From a bacterium (GTDB taxonomy: Bacteria; Elusimicrobiota; Elusimicrobia; Elusimicrobiales; UBA9959), in assembly GCA_021789695.1 (NCBI GenBank), contig JAJYJH010000001.1, positions 325,346 to 389,345 of the forward strand: DNA of 64,000 nt, read 5' to 3'. Below are positions 41,435 to 51,255 of the stretch, in pieces. The notes under the pieces were generated by a model, which was not told the DNA's origin, did not search any database, and was given only the letters and a program-made list of their open reading frames with translations. Made by a program: the position numbers and the translations under genes. Positions within the stretch are counted from its first letter, which is position 1; every line of letters begins with the position of its first letter.

Positions 41435-42061
41435 ATGGCGTTCAACTTGCTGCCGAAAGAGGGCAAATTCTTCGAGTTTCTGAGCATGCAGGCCGAGAAC
41501 ATCGTCAAGGCCGCGGCCGCCTTCAAGGAGGCTATCAAGGCCGGACCTTTCAGCGAGGAGACCGTCCGGAAGATAAAGGATTTCGAGCACGAGGGCGATA
41601 CCCTGGCCCACGAGATAGCGGATATGCTCAACCGCACGTTCATCACGCCGATAGACCGCGAGGATATCTATTCACTCTCCAACAACCTCGACGACGTCCT
41701 GGATATGGTCAACTCGATGGCCAACCGGATCTACCTCTACAGACTGAACCCCTCCAACGACGGCATGATAGCCTTCGCCGACAACATCGGCCAGGCCGCC
41801 CACGCGCTGGCCAACGCGGTCAAGCATATGCACGACACCAAGCGCGCGCGCCGGGTGCTGGACTACTGCATAGAGGTCAACAGGCTGGAGAACATGGGAG
41901 ACCAGTTGCGCGACAAAACGATCAGCGGCCTCTTCGAACACGAGAAGGACCCGATAATGGTCATCAAATGGAAGGAGATTTACGAAGGCGCGGAAGCCAC
42001 GCTGGACACCTGCGAGCACGTGGCCAAGGTGATAGAGGCCATATTGGTCAAGCATGGATAG
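41435..42061 (+). CDS. DUF47/PhoU-like phosphate transport regulator
   Basis: 208 aa. FFEFLSMQAENIVKAA...HEGDTLAHEI...FITPIDREDI is the DUF47 pattern. SD AAGGAGAG, and the gene is paired with PiT. Confidence 0.85.
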   Translation: MAFNLLPKEGKFFEFLSMQAENIVKAAAAFKEAIKAGPFSEETVRKIKDFEHEGDTLAHEIADMLNRTFITPIDREDIYSLSNNLDDVLDMVNSMANRIYLYRLNPSNDGMIAFADNIGQAAHALANAVKHMHDTKRARRVLDYCIEVNRLENMGDQLRDKTISGLFEHEKDPIMVIKWKEIYEGAEATLDTCEHVAKVIEAILVKHG

Positions 42062-43076
42062 CGCCATAGCCTTCAACGGCACTTTCTTTTCCGTGGCCGG
42101 GCTAGTGCTGCTGGCACTGGTGTTCGACTTCCTGAACGGCTTTCACGACGCGGCGAACTCCATCGCCACGATAGTCAGCACGAGAGTCCTGACCCCGCGC
42201 CAGGCCGTCGTCTGGGCCGCCTTCTTCAACTTCGTCGCCTTCTTTTTCTTCAGCCACGCCGTAGCAGCGACGATGGGCAAGGGACTGGTCGATATTTCGG
42301 CGATAGACTTCCGCGTCATCTTCGCCACGCTGGTCGGGGCCTGCGCGTGGGACATCCTCACCTGGTACTACGGCATGCCCACCAGCTCCTCGCACGCGCT
42401 GATAGGGGCGCTCGCCGGAGCGGCCGTGGTGAAGGCAGGCACCCTCCAGGTGCTGATTATGCCCACCCTGCTCAAGATTATAGCCTTCATGCTGCTCTCT
42501 CCGCTGCTGGGCCTGGCCCTCGGGCTCGCCTTCGGCGTGCTGACCTACCGCCTGCTCGCCAGGACGCCGCCGAGCAAGGTGAACCAGTGGTTTCAGAAAG
42601 GCCAGTTCGTCTCCGCCGCGGCCCTCAGTCTCGGCCACGGCGGCAACGACTCACAGAAAACGATGGGCATCATCACCGGGCTCCTGTTCAGCGCGGGCTA
42701 TCTGCATGGCGGCTTTTACGTGCCGGACTGGGTGGCGATACTGTGCTATACGGCGATGGGCCTTGGCACGCTGTTCGGCGGCTGGCGCATCGTCAAAACG
42801 CTGGGCCACAAGATCTCAAAGCTCAAGCCGGTGGACGGTTTCTGCACCGAGGCCGGAGCTGCGGTCACGCTCTATATCTCCTCGGCCATGGGCGTGCCCG
42901 TCAGCACTACGCACATCATCACCGGCTCAATAATGGGCGTCGGCACGATGAAGCGCTTCAGCGCCGTGCGCTGGGGGGTGGCAGGGGAGATAGTCTGGGC
43001 CTGGATCCTGACGATACCCGGCGCGGCGCTGATCGCGGCGCTGACCTACGAGTTCTCAAGAATATTGGTCCGCTGA
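42054..43076 (+). CDS. pitA: Inorganic phosphate transporter, PiT family
   Basis: GFHDAANSIAT and GHGGNDSQKTMG signature repeats. Polytopic. Confidence 0.93.
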   Translation: MDSAIAFNGTFFSVAGLVLLALVFDFLNGFHDAANSIATIVSTRVLTPRQAVVWAAFFNFVAFFFFSHAVAATMGKGLVDISAIDFRVIFATLVGACAWDILTWYYGMPTSSSHALIGALAGAAVVKAGTLQVLIMPTLLKIIAFMLLSPLLGLALGLAFGVLTYRLLARTPPSKVNQWFQKGQFVSAAALSLGHGGNDSQKTMGIITGLLFSAGYLHGGFYVPDWVAILCYTAMGLGTLFGGWRIVKTLGHKISKLKPVDGFCTEAGAAVTLYISSAMGVPVSTTHIITGSIMGVGTMKRFSAVRWGVAGEIVWAWILTIPGAALIAALTYEFSRILVR

Positions 43077-43151
43077 CCCCGAGTCCCCTTCCTTAGAGCT
43101 CCGAGGCGGCCTGAAGCGGGTCCGCAGCGGGGGCGAGGCCCTTCGGGAAAG

Positions 43152-44423
43152 CTATTTCCGTGCGGCGGCGCGGCCGGCCAGGATGCCGGAGGTCCACGCC
43201 AGATGCAGGTTGAAGCCGCCGGAATCGCCATCGGCATCAAGCAGTTCTCCGGTCACAAAAAGCCCCTCCACCCTCCTGGAAGCGAACGTTGCGGGGTCCA
43301 CCTCGGAAACCGGGCAGCCGCCAGCGGCTACCATCGCGTCTTCGAAGCCAAGCGTACCGGCCAGTTCCATGGGAAAAGCCTTGAGCAGAAGGCCCAGCTC
43401 TTCCATTTTCGCTTCGCCGGCCCGAAAAACTGGGGCCTGCCAGTCGATTCCGCAGCGGGCGGCGCAGGCCTTCAGCACCTTCCAGTTATGCAGACCACAG
43501 GCGAAATGCGAGAAAGGCCTCTGAGCAAAAGCCTCGGCCCTTCCGTGCAGCAGAGAGTACAGTTCCCGCGCTCCGTAGTCCGGGAACAGATCCGCCTCTA
43601 GCGCCGCCGGCCCTTTTTTCAGGGCCGCCAGGGCCGCCCGGCTCAGGTCCAGCGCTACCGGCCCGGAGACGCCGTAAGCCGTAAAAAGCAGTTCTCCCTC
43701 CGACCGGGCCAGCTTGCGGCCTTCGGCCAAAAGGGTCACGGCCGCCTGCAGGCGAATCCCGTCCAGTTCTTTCAGGTACTCGCAGCGCGCCTTGAGCGGC
43801 GCGAGCGACGGGGAAAGCGGGGTGACTGTATGGCCCAGCCGGCGCAGCAGTTCGTAGCCGCCGGACGTACCCCCGATCTGCGGATAGCAGGGGCCGCCGG
43901 CGGCGAGAACCACTCTGGTCGCGCGAAAGGCCTCCCTCTCTCCGCGCCGCCCCTTCTTCTCCCACTGCGGCGGCACGCGCTGGGCCTCCACCACGAATCC
44001 GCCAGCCGCCCGCTCCACGGACACAGCCTCGGTCAGCGTTCGCAGCGGGACGGCCAGCGAAGAGAGCTCGTTCAGCAGCACGTTAACCACGTCCTGCGCC
44101 TTCATGGAACGCGGGAACAGCTTGCCGGCCTCCCCTTCGGTCCAGAGCAGGCCTATCCCCTCGAAGAAAGACAGGATTTGCTCCGGCGGCAGCGCGGCGA
44201 AGACCTTCCTCAGGAAGGCGGCCGACGCGCCGTGATAGGCCGCCGGCGTCACCCTGGTATTGCTTAAATTGCATTTGCCTGCCCCGGTGGAAAGTATCTT
44301 GCGGCCCGGCACATGGTTTTTCTCCAGCACCAGCACGGAGGCGCCCGCCCTGGAGGCCTCCACGGCCGCCGCCAGCCCCGAGGCTCCCGCTCCTACCACA
44401 ATTACGTCGAAATTGTCGGTCAT
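43152..44423 (-). CDS. HI0933/YhiN-family NAD(P)/FAD-dependent oxidoreductase
   Basis: DVIVVGAGASGLAAAVEASRAGASVLVLEKN followed by GRKILSTGAGKCNLSN. Confidence 0.85.
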   Translation of the reverse strand: MTDNFDVIVVGAGASGLAAAVEASRAGASVLVLEKNHVPGRKILSTGAGKCNLSNTRVTPAAYHGASAAFLRKVFAALPPEQILSFFEGIGLLWTEGEAGKLFPRSMKAQDVVNVLLNELSSLAVPLRTLTEAVSVERAAGGFVVEAQRVPPQWEKKGRRGEREAFRATRVVLAAGGPCYPQIGGTSGGYELLRRLGHTVTPLSPSLAPLKARCEYLKELDGIRLQAAVTLLAEGRKLARSEGELLFTAYGVSGPVALDLSRAALAALKKGPAALEADLFPDYGARELYSLLHGRAEAFAQRPFSHFACGLHNWKVLKACAARCGIDWQAPVFRAGEAKMEELGLLLKAFPMELAGTLGFEDAMVAAGGCPVSEVDPATFASRRVEGLFVTGELLDADGDSGGFNLHLAWTSGILAGRAAARK

Positions 44424-44462
44424 TTTGGTGGACGCTCCTCCGCAACGGCGGAGCGTAATGTC

Positions 44463-44492
44463 ACAAAAAAGACGCCCGGCCTGGACCGGGCG
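44463..44492 (-). terminator. Rho-independent terminator after fba
   Basis: Minus strand reads CGCCCGG-tccagg-CCGGGCG followed by TCTTTTTTGT. Confidence 0.7.
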
Positions 44493-44513
44493 CCTTCCTT
44501 AAGCCTGCGGCGC

Positions 44514-45491
44514 TCAAACGCGGCCGGCGGAGCCCAGAACGTTCTGGTTCTTGTCCATGTACATCTTGATCAGTTCATCGCGGGCGGGCCCAAGGTACTT
44601 GCGAGGGTCGAACTCGGCCGGCTTCTCGCCGAAGACCTTGCGCACCATCGCGGTCATCACAAGACGGCCGTCCGAGTCGATGTTGATCTTGCAGACCGCG
44701 GATTTGGACGCCTTCCTGAGCTGCTCGGCCGGCACGCCTACGGCGTTCTCCATACTGCCGCCGTACTTATTTATCATGTCTACGTATTCTGTCAGTACCG
44801 AGGAAGCCCCGTGCAGCACGATCGGGAAGCCGGGGATGCGTTTCTCGCACTGCTCGAGGATATCGAACCTCAGCGGAGGCACGCTCTCTCCCGGTTTGAC
44901 CTTGAACTTGTAGGCGCCGTGGCTGGTCCCTATCGATATGGCCAGAGAGTCCACGCCGGTCTTCTTTACGAAATCCTCGACCTGCGCCGGGTCGGTGTAG
45001 TGAGAATGCTCGCTCTGCACCTCGTCCTCTATGCCGGCCAGCACGCCGAGCTCGCCTTCTACGGTGACGTCGTGGGCGTGCGCGTACTCCACCACCTGCC
45101 TCGTAAGTTTCACGTTGTCCTCATAGGACTTGCTGGAGCCGTCTATCATGACCGACGAGAAGCCGGAATCTATGCAGCTTTTGCACAGTTCGAAAGTGTC
45201 GCCGTGGTCCAGGTGGAGCGCCACCGGCACGGGACCCTCCTTCATCTCCCTGATCATCTCCATCGCGCCGCGGCCCATCCACCTGAGCAGGGTTGCGTTG
45301 GCGTAGTCGCGGGCGCCCTTGGAAATCTGCAGGATTACCGGGGAGCGGCTGCGGACGCAGGCGGTGAGTATCGCCTGCAGCTGTTCCATGTTGTTGAAAT
45401 TGTAGGCCGGGACGGCGTAGCCGCCCTTCATCGCGTTCTTGAACATCTCGCGCGTGTTCACGAAACCGAGTTCTTTGTACGATACCGTCAT
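44514..45491 (-). CDS. fba: Class II fructose-1,6-bisphosphate aldolase
   Basis: GGYAVPAYNFNNMEQ, VALHLDHG and IVLHGASS. I chose start ATG 45491, preceded by GGAGG; the track start at 45524 is less likely. Confidence 0.95.
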   Translation of the reverse strand: MTVSYKELGFVNTREMFKNAMKGGYAVPAYNFNNMEQLQAILTACVRSRSPVILQISKGARDYANATLLRWMGRGAMEMIREMKEGPVPVALHLDHGDTFELCKSCIDSGFSSVMIDGSSKSYEDNVKLTRQVVEYAHAHDVTVEGELGVLAGIEDEVQSEHSHYTDPAQVEDFVKKTGVDSLAISIGTSHGAYKFKVKPGESVPPLRFDILEQCEKRIPGFPIVLHGASSVLTEYVDMINKYGGSMENAVGVPAEQLRKASKSAVCKINIDSDGRLVMTAMVRKVFGEKPAEFDPRKYLGPARDELIKMYMDKNQNVLGSAGRV

Positions 45492-45684
45492 AACACCTCC
45501 GTTCGGTTTTCCTTTCTTAGCCAATTATATGAATTCCCGGCTCCCAGTCAAAGCTGCCGTCCGGGAGCTCCAATTTGCCCTCGGAATTTGATAAAATATC
45601 CGTTACGCTCCGGGAAGGAGAAAGCGGGGAGGCCCGACGGGCCGCGGATCCAGCGGATCCAAAACGGGGACAACGGAGGGATAA

Positions 45685-46134
45685 ATGCAACAGCAGGAAA
45701 AACCGTATCTTACAGGCAGGACCTTTCTGTTCAGCATACACAAGGGGGAGGACTTGCTGCAGTCGATTCAGTATTTCTGTCACCACCACCAGGTGCGCTG
45801 CGGCCTGATAAACGCCATAGGCGCGGTGGAGCGCGCCACCGTCACCATCTACGACCAGAAGGCCAAGAAGTACAACAAGATCAATCTCGAGAAGGAACTG
45901 GAGATTGTCTCCCTCTGTGGCAACGTCAGTCTCTTCGACGACAAACCGATGGTTCACGCCCACGTTGTCTTTTCCGACGCCGAAGGCAAGGCCTTCGGCG
46001 GACATCTGGTGGCCGGCACGCGCGTCTTCAGCTGCGAAGTCTTCGTCCAGGAGCTCACCGGTGACGTAAAGGTGCGCAAGCTGGAGAAGGCCACCCAGCT
46101 TCCCCTCTGGAGCAACCCGGTCTGTCTTAAGTGA
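45685..46134 (+). CDS. PPC (DUF296) domain protein
   Basis: 149 aa. GEDLLQSIQYFCHHHQV..G..NAIGAV..ATV...EIVSLCGNVS...HAHVVFSDAEGKAFGGHL matches the PPC/DUF296 pattern. Confidence 0.75.
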   Translation: MQQQEKPYLTGRTFLFSIHKGEDLLQSIQYFCHHHQVRCGLINAIGAVERATVTIYDQKAKKYNKINLEKELEIVSLCGNVSLFDDKPMVHAHVVFSDAEGKAFGGHLVAGTRVFSCEVFVQELTGDVKVRKLEKATQLPLWSNPVCLK

Positions 46135-47087
46135 CGATGGCCACGGAAGCGCTCAAACCGGGCGCGGATGGAGGCGGCTTAACGCCTCCATCCGCTTTCC
46201 GGGCGGGGTTCGTCCCTATCACCGGGCTGCCCAACGCCGGGAAATCCACGCTGATGAACGCCCTCTGCGGCGCCAGGCTCTCCATAATCTCGGAAAAGCC
46301 CCAGACTACCAGGAACAATATCCTGGGCATACTCAACGAGCCAGGTCTTCAGGCGGTCTTCGTGGACACACCTGGCTTCCTGCGGGGACGCAACCTGTTC
46401 GAGCGGAGCATGGCGGGAGCGATAAAGCGCGCGGCCTCGGAGGAGGGCGACCTCTGCATACTGATAACCGAGCCCGGGCTTCCGCCCGAAGACAAAGCCC
46501 CGCTCTTCGAACCGCTAAAAAGGCTTTCCTGCCCGCTCTACCTGGCCGTAAACAAGCTGGACAAGGAGAAGACCCAGGACGGGGCGAAGGCGGCCGCGGA
46601 TTATTTTTCGGCGCTGCTGCCCGTGAGCAGGGTATTCCTCATCTCGGCCCTTACCGGCGCCGGTCTGAAGGAACTGCGCGCGGCGATAAAGGCCGCCATG
46701 CCGGAGCACCCCCCGTATTATCCCCAGGATCAGCTCACCGACCGCTGGGAGCGGTTCTACGCCGCCGAGATAATAAGGGAACAGATCTTCAGGCTGTACA
46801 GCCAGGAGGTGCCGTATTCCTCGGCGGTGGAGATCGAGCTTTTCCAGGAAGCGCAGGGGCGCCCGGACCAGGTCATGGCCGTGGTGCATGTGGCGCGCGC
46901 CGGCCAGAAGCCGATAGTGATAGGCAAAGGAGGGGCGATGGTGAAGCGTCTCCGGGAGAGCGCTCAAAAAGCGCTGTCCGCTTTCCTTCACCGGCCCGTG
47001 GAGCTGCGGCTTACCGTTAAGGTGACGCCAGGCTGGCAGGACAACGCCGCCTTCCTTCGTGAAATCGGGTTCTACGAGAAGAAGTGA
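46131..47087 (+). CDS. era: GTPase Era
   Basis: G1 GLPNAGKST, G3 DTPG, G4 NKLD and a C-terminal KH domain. The start is either GTG 46131 (GTGA overlap) or ATG 46137. Confidence 0.95.
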   Translation: MTMATEALKPGADGGGLTPPSAFRAGFVPITGLPNAGKSTLMNALCGARLSIISEKPQTTRNNILGILNEPGLQAVFVDTPGFLRGRNLFERSMAGAIKRAASEEGDLCILITEPGLPPEDKAPLFEPLKRLSCPLYLAVNKLDKEKTQDGAKAAADYFSALLPVSRVFLISALTGAGLKELRAAIKAAMPEHPPYYPQDQLTDRWERFYAAEIIREQIFRLYSQEVPYSSAVEIELFQEAQGRPDQVMAVVHVARAGQKPIVIGKGGAMVKRLRESAQKALSAFLHRPVELRLTVKVTPGWQDNAAFLREIGFYEKK

Positions 47088-47100
47088 GAGACCACCCGCC

Positions 47101-47997
47101 CTACCTGCCCTGCAGGCTAGGCTTTGGCGCCACGACCTTCAGCGCCGAGGGAAGCGCCGTAAACTTCAGTTTGCCGTCGCAGGAATAGAAATCCTCGCCG
47201 TCCAAGTGGTACCAGACTCCGCCGCCGCAGTCCAGCTCTATGACACGGCCCTTAAAAGCCGAGTAGATGTCCGGGCGGCGGTCCAGCGTACCGCGAAACA
47301 GCGCCGGCAAGGCGGAGAGGAGCCGCGGCAGGGAGGCCTTCTTTATGGAGACCAGGTCCAACAGCCCGTCGTCGAGGTACGCGCCCGGCGCCATTCTGGC
47401 CCCCCCGCCGTACTGCACCCCGTTAAGAACGGCGTTGACGAGCGCCGTAAGCTCCAGGCGCCGGCCATCCACCGAAGCGATCACCTTCGCCGGCCGGAAG
47501 GAAAGCACGCGCCTGGCGGCGTGCAGGACATAGGGCAGGATGCCGCGTCTCCCGCTCAGGGAATTGAAATCGTGCGCGACTTCGGCGTCCAGCCCCACGC
47601 CGGCGGCGCAGAAGAAGGGGCGGCCGTTGGCCAGCCCGGAGTCCACACGGCGTTCCCCCCACTTGAGCAGTCCGTCGAGGGCCGCGTCGAAGGAGAGCGG
47701 GATATAAAGGTTCCGCGCCAGTCCGTTGCCGGAACCGCATGGCAGTATTCCCAGGGCGGTCTCCTTGCCTATCAGCGGAATAGCGGCCTCCCGGATGGTG
47801 CCGTCCCCGCCTGCCGCCACGACGCGAGAGAACCCGTGCAGCGCGGCCTTGGCGGCCAGCTCCGAGGCGTGCTCCCTCGCGCGGGTGAACTCGATCTCGA
47901 AGCGCAGGTTCCTGCCGGCCAAGAAACGCTCTATACGCTCTCCGACGTTCCCGTATTTGAGTCCGGCCTTGGGGTTTACGATGAAGAAATAGGACAT
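47101..47997 (-). CDS. Diacylglycerol kinase-family lipid kinase (YegS/BmrU-like)
   Basis: YFFIVNPKAG, AAGGDGTIREA and LGILPCGSGNGLAR. Confidence 0.85.
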   Translation of the reverse strand: MSYFFIVNPKAGLKYGNVGERIERFLAGRNLRFEIEFTRAREHASELAAKAALHGFSRVVAAGGDGTIREAAIPLIGKETALGILPCGSGNGLARNLYIPLSFDAALDGLLKWGERRVDSGLANGRPFFCAAGVGLDAEVAHDFNSLSGRRGILPYVLHAARRVLSFRPAKVIASVDGRRLELTALVNAVLNGVQYGGGARMAPGAYLDDGLLDLVSIKKASLPRLLSALPALFRGTLDRRPDIYSAFKGRVIELDCGGGVWYHLDGEDFYSCDGKLKFTALPSALKVVAPKPSLQGR

Positions 47998-47998
47998 A

Positions 47999-48781
47999 CT
48001 ACTCTACGGCGCTCATGCCCGTGGCCCAGTCGGCTTTCTGCCCCGTGGGTTTTATCGAGATAAGTTTGTTGTCCGAGTCGGTCAGTCCGCTGGAGCAGGA
48101 GAACAGGACGTCGTATATGTAGCCTATGCGCAAATCTGGCGCGGCGCCGAGCACTCCGTCGGTGTCGTCCAGGTAAATGTAGTCGAGAGTCTTCTTCGGC
48201 CCAGCGTATACGAGGTTCAGCCGCCAGCCGGAAACCGTTTTGCTGGCCGTTATCATCTGCAGGTCCATTTGCAGTTCGCGGCCCTGGAAAGAAGCAGGGT
48301 TCCGGAAAAACGCCTCTTCCTGCCCGCGCTCCGGCGTCGCCGGAACGCGTTCGGGCTCAATTATTATAGGCGCTCCCGCGGCCGCCGAAGAGAGCCAGGA
48401 GGAAGAATAGCCGGCCGGCGCAGACGTCCCCTGCTGAACCGCGGAGTCCCCGGAGCCAGCGGCCGCTGGAGCCGCGGCCTTGACGGACTCGGAGTCCTCT
48501 GGCGCCGTAGCGGACGAGTCTCCCTCCTCCTGAGAGGTCTCGCCCGGCCCGAGCTCGTCTTGCTCCGGAGCCGCATCCGGCGAGCCTCCGGCAGCGGCTT
48601 CCGCAGCCAGCCCCCCCGCTGACCGGCCCTTCGGATTGGCCGAGGTATAGGCGGACTGATAGGCGGGGGCGTTCTGGAGGTCGGCGGCCGGGTAGAACTT
48701 CTCCTTGAGCATGAACCCTATCGTGATGCCCACGCCGAAGAGAAGCATCGTGTTGACGAAACGCATCCGAAAGAAATTCAT
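47999..48781 (-). CDS. Membrane-anchored hypothetical protein with a disordered acidic/Ala-Ser linker
   Basis: One N-terminal TM segment (VNTMLLFGVGITIGFML), low-complexity residues 60-150 and a folded-looking C-terminus. I recognise no family. Confidence 0.5.
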   Translation of the reverse strand: MNFFRMRFVNTMLLFGVGITIGFMLKEKFYPAADLQNAPAYQSAYTSANPKGRSAGGLAAEAAAGGSPDAAPEQDELGPGETSQEEGDSSATAPEDSESVKAAAPAAAGSGDSAVQQGTSAPAGYSSSWLSSAAAGAPIIIEPERVPATPERGQEEAFFRNPASFQGRELQMDLQMITASKTVSGWRLNLVYAGPKKTLDYIYLDDTDGVLGAAPDLRIGYIYDVLFSCSSGLTDSDNKLISIKPTGQKADWATGMSAVE

Positions 48782-48839
48782 ACCACGAATTTTATAATAT
48801 TTGGGTTGTATTGTATATTTGAAGCCGGGGGAGGCGTAT

Positions 48840-49571
48840 ATGCTGAAAATACTGCTGGCCGCGCTGTTCTTGGCGGCGCCAGGCGCGAGAGCCGCGGAGA
48901 CGGGCTGCGTTTACGGTATGCACGGTGAAGTGCGGATACAGAGCTCTGCAGGGGGGCCATGGGCAGAGGCGTACAGGGGGACCCCCTTCAGCGAAGGCGA
49001 CGCGATCAGGACCGGCGAAAGCTCCTGGTGCGAACTGCTGCTGCGGGACGGAAGTTTCATCCGGCTGGACGCGGACGCGCAGGTCTCCGCGGAGGAGCTC
49101 AGGGTGCACGAAGGGGACAGGTTCTTCCTCTTCTCTTTTCTGAGAGGCAAGGCCCTCTGGCTGGCCGCTAAACTCAAGCCGGCCGGCGGCGGCAAGTTCG
49201 AAGTGCGCACACCTTCCGCTGTCTGCGCCGTGCGCGGCACAGATTTCGCGATATCGGTCTCCACGGAAGGCCGTACGGACGTCGGGCTTTTCGACGGCGC
49301 CGTTCTTCTTTCCACCGGTTCAAGTCACGAAGCGCTCCTGCCAGGCGGAGAAGCCGAGGCGGAGCGGGGAAGACTTGCGGTGCAGGCACGGCTTTCCAGG
49401 CTCATGCTGGCGGAGGAACGCCGCTGGAAGAAGCTCAAGTCCCGCGTGGAACGCCTGAGGGAACGTCTGCGGGAGCGGCAGGATTTCATAGACCGCTACG
49501 TGGCGGAGCGGCGGAAGGCGCTGTCCAAGTTCAAGGACCGCCAGCGGGAAAAGGTCGAGCGCCGCAACTGA
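48840..49571 (+). CDS. FecR-domain secreted protein with a basic coiled-coil tail
   Basis: I trimmed the 48801 ORF to ATG 48840 (SD GGGGGAGG). It has a signal peptide and a FecR-like core (GDAIRTGESSWCELLLRDGSFIRLDADAQV..VRTPSAVCAVRGTDF). Confidence 0.7.
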   Translation: MLKILLAALFLAAPGARAAETGCVYGMHGEVRIQSSAGGPWAEAYRGTPFSEGDAIRTGESSWCELLLRDGSFIRLDADAQVSAEELRVHEGDRFFLFSFLRGKALWLAAKLKPAGGGKFEVRTPSAVCAVRGTDFAISVSTEGRTDVGLFDGAVLLSTGSSHEALLPGGEAEAERGRLAVQARLSRLMLAEERRWKKLKSRVERLRERLRERQDFIDRYVAERRKALSKFKDRQREKVERRN

Positions 49572-49573
49572 CG

Positions 49574-49617
49574 GGCGCGAAAAAGGCCGGGAGAACTCCC
49601 CCGGCCTTTTTCGCGCC
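49574..49617. terminator. Bidirectional terminator between the FecR gene and the outer-membrane operon
   Basis: 18-bp arms GGCGCGAAAAAGGCCGGG / CCCGGCCTTTTTCGCGCC with an 8-nt loop. Confidence 0.85.
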
Positions 49618-49627
49618 GCCGACGGCC

Positions 49628-50686
49628 TTAGGGAAGTTCCGCGTCCAGGTCGTAGGACGAAGTGCGGTTGACCTTCACCTGCATCCTCTTGTCGGCCATC
49701 AGAAGCTGGGAAAGGTCGGCCGCGCCGCCCATGTGCATGGCCACGTCCAGCACCGCCGTGGTGCCGTCGTACGACCGGAGCCAGGAAGAACGGACGGCCG
49801 GAATGTTGCGAAGCAGTTTGGTAAAATCGCTCAGGGCGTTCATGTCCTTCACGTTCTCAAGCGTCAGGCGCACAACCGACCGCTCACGCAGCGCCTTCAG
49901 GATCTTGTCCGTAAGGTCCCCGGAGGCGCGCTTGGCCGCGTTTATCAGCGAAGCCCGGGCCGCAGCCTGGTCGTTAAGGTCTATGCCGCCAGCGGAGTCC
50001 TGCACAGAGGCCAGAGTTTCCTGGGAGCCCTGCTTGACCGCGGACAGAGAAACGCCGGCTCTATAGGAAACGAACCCGCCCAACCCTTCCCTGGTGTTGA
50101 AGGAGGTCTGAGCCTCGCCTTTTACCAGTATGTCGGCCTTGTCCTTCTCGCCCGTCAGGAACCCCGCCGAGATGAACCTGTCCTTCAACTCCAGCGCGGA
50201 GTATTCAGTCTTCTGCGGAACGCCGTCCACGGACTCGCTTATATCGAATCCTATAACCGGGTTGCCCAGCTTCTGCGGCTCCGGCTCCAGGTTGCGCAGT
50301 TTGGCGGCCAGGTCTTCCTTGCGCACATGCGCGCGGATGCGCACCTTATAGAAGCCGCCGTCCTGCCATTCCTTGAGCGTTTCGTACTTCTCTATATAAC
50401 CTTCGCTCTGGGAAGTGATGGAGTCGTCTATCAGCACGGCCTTGGAGACCATCGCGTCCTGGGAGACGTAAACCCCGACCACCAGCCCGAGCGCGTTCCT
50501 CATGGCGTCGGACATGGCGCTCTTGCGGGCGGCGGCGATGTCGCCGGCGACCACTGGGGCCATGCCGTCGGCCTCAACGACTTCCGTCTGGTAAGCGGGG
50601 TTGAGCGAGCTGCGGTGAACGCCGGCGCAGCCGGCGGCGGCCAGGAAGACCGCCGCCAGCAGGACGCGGGAAAGGCCGGAACGCAT
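49628..50686 (-). CDS. Lipoprotein with LPP20/FlgT_N-like N-terminal module
   Basis: Lipobox LAAAGC. AAARKSAMSDAMRNALGLVVGVYVSQDAMV...GYIEKYETLKE..FYKVRIRAHV resembles LPP20/FlgT_N folds by eye. Confidence 0.6.
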   Translation of the reverse strand: MRSGLSRVLLAAVFLAAAGCAGVHRSSLNPAYQTEVVEADGMAPVVAGDIAAARKSAMSDAMRNALGLVVGVYVSQDAMVSKAVLIDDSITSQSEGYIEKYETLKEWQDGGFYKVRIRAHVRKEDLAAKLRNLEPEPQKLGNPVIGFDISESVDGVPQKTEYSALELKDRFISAGFLTGEKDKADILVKGEAQTSFNTREGLGGFVSYRAGVSLSAVKQGSQETLASVQDSAGGIDLNDQAAARASLINAAKRASGDLTDKILKALRERSVVRLTLENVKDMNALSDFTKLLRNIPAVRSSWLRSYDGTTAVLDVAMHMGGAADLSQLLMADKRMQVKVNRTSSYDLDAELP

Positions 50687-50695
50687 GCCCTGCCG

Positions 50696-51145
50696 TTACT
50701 CGGCCAGCTTCAGGCCGGCATCAGTAAGGGCCTGCTTGGGCAGGCGAAGAGTCACCACGCAGCCGTCGTCGGAGGTCCACTCGGTGCGCACTATCTGCGC
50801 GCCCTTGATAACGGCATTGATCTTGGTGGCCAGCACAGAGTCCGTTTCCAGGGCCTTCTCCACGGTCACGCCGCCCTCCAGCGTTACGCCCTTAACAAGG
50901 GAAAGCAGGTTGTATTGGGCGTTGACTATGGCCGCGTTGCGGGAAGTGGCCATGCGCTGGGTCTTATTGTCCATCGTCTGGTCCGCCGCGCCGAGGCCCC
51001 GGGCGAAGATATAGTGCTTGGTCACGCCCTGTTCCACCCACTCGCGCTCTATTTCGCCGGTCTTGGAAACGGTACCCTTGTCCGGAGAAGAAGAGCAGGC
51101 CGCGGCCAGCAGGGCGACCGCGATTATGAGAAATGCTTTTTTCAT
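50696..51145 (-). CDS. LPP20/FlgP-family lipoprotein
   Basis: I chose start ATG 51145 (SD AAGGAGG). Lipobox LLAAAC. RMATSRNAAIVNAQYNLLSLVKGVTLEGGVTVE...IKGAQIV follows the LPP20 pattern. Confidence 0.7.
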   Translation of the reverse strand: MKKAFLIIAVALLAAACSSSPDKGTVSKTGEIEREWVEQGVTKHYIFARGLGAADQTMDNKTQRMATSRNAAIVNAQYNLLSLVKGVTLEGGVTVEKALETDSVLATKINAVIKGAQIVRTEWTSDDGCVVTLRLPKQALTDAGLKLAE

Positions 51146-51255
51146 GGCAAAAGCCTCCTTGGAACCCTCGTTTGGAACCCGAAGCCCTATTCTATAAACA
51201 AAACCCGGCGGTGTCAATTTAACGCCGCCCCCCGCCTCAGCGCGTGGCCTAGAGT

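Noticed and set aside
45644-45661. Tandem direct repeat GCGGATCCA x2 (two BamHI sites) upstream of the PPC-domain gene
   Set aside because: There are only two 9-nt units in a GC-rich leader, with no further copies seen and no associated structure. It is most likely chance or slippage.
44313-46064. 583-aa plus-strand ORF
   Set aside because: It is antisense to class II aldolase, and its 3' part overlaps the PPC-domain gene on the same strand in another frame. It has no motifs.
46128-46139. Shared junction AAGTGACNATGG at the era (46128-46139) and ruvB (59264-59275) starts
   Set aside because: There are only two occurrences. They are adequately explained by a stop codon TGA overlapping a GTG, with an in-frame ATG 6 nt later. 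I note this only as start-codon ambiguity.
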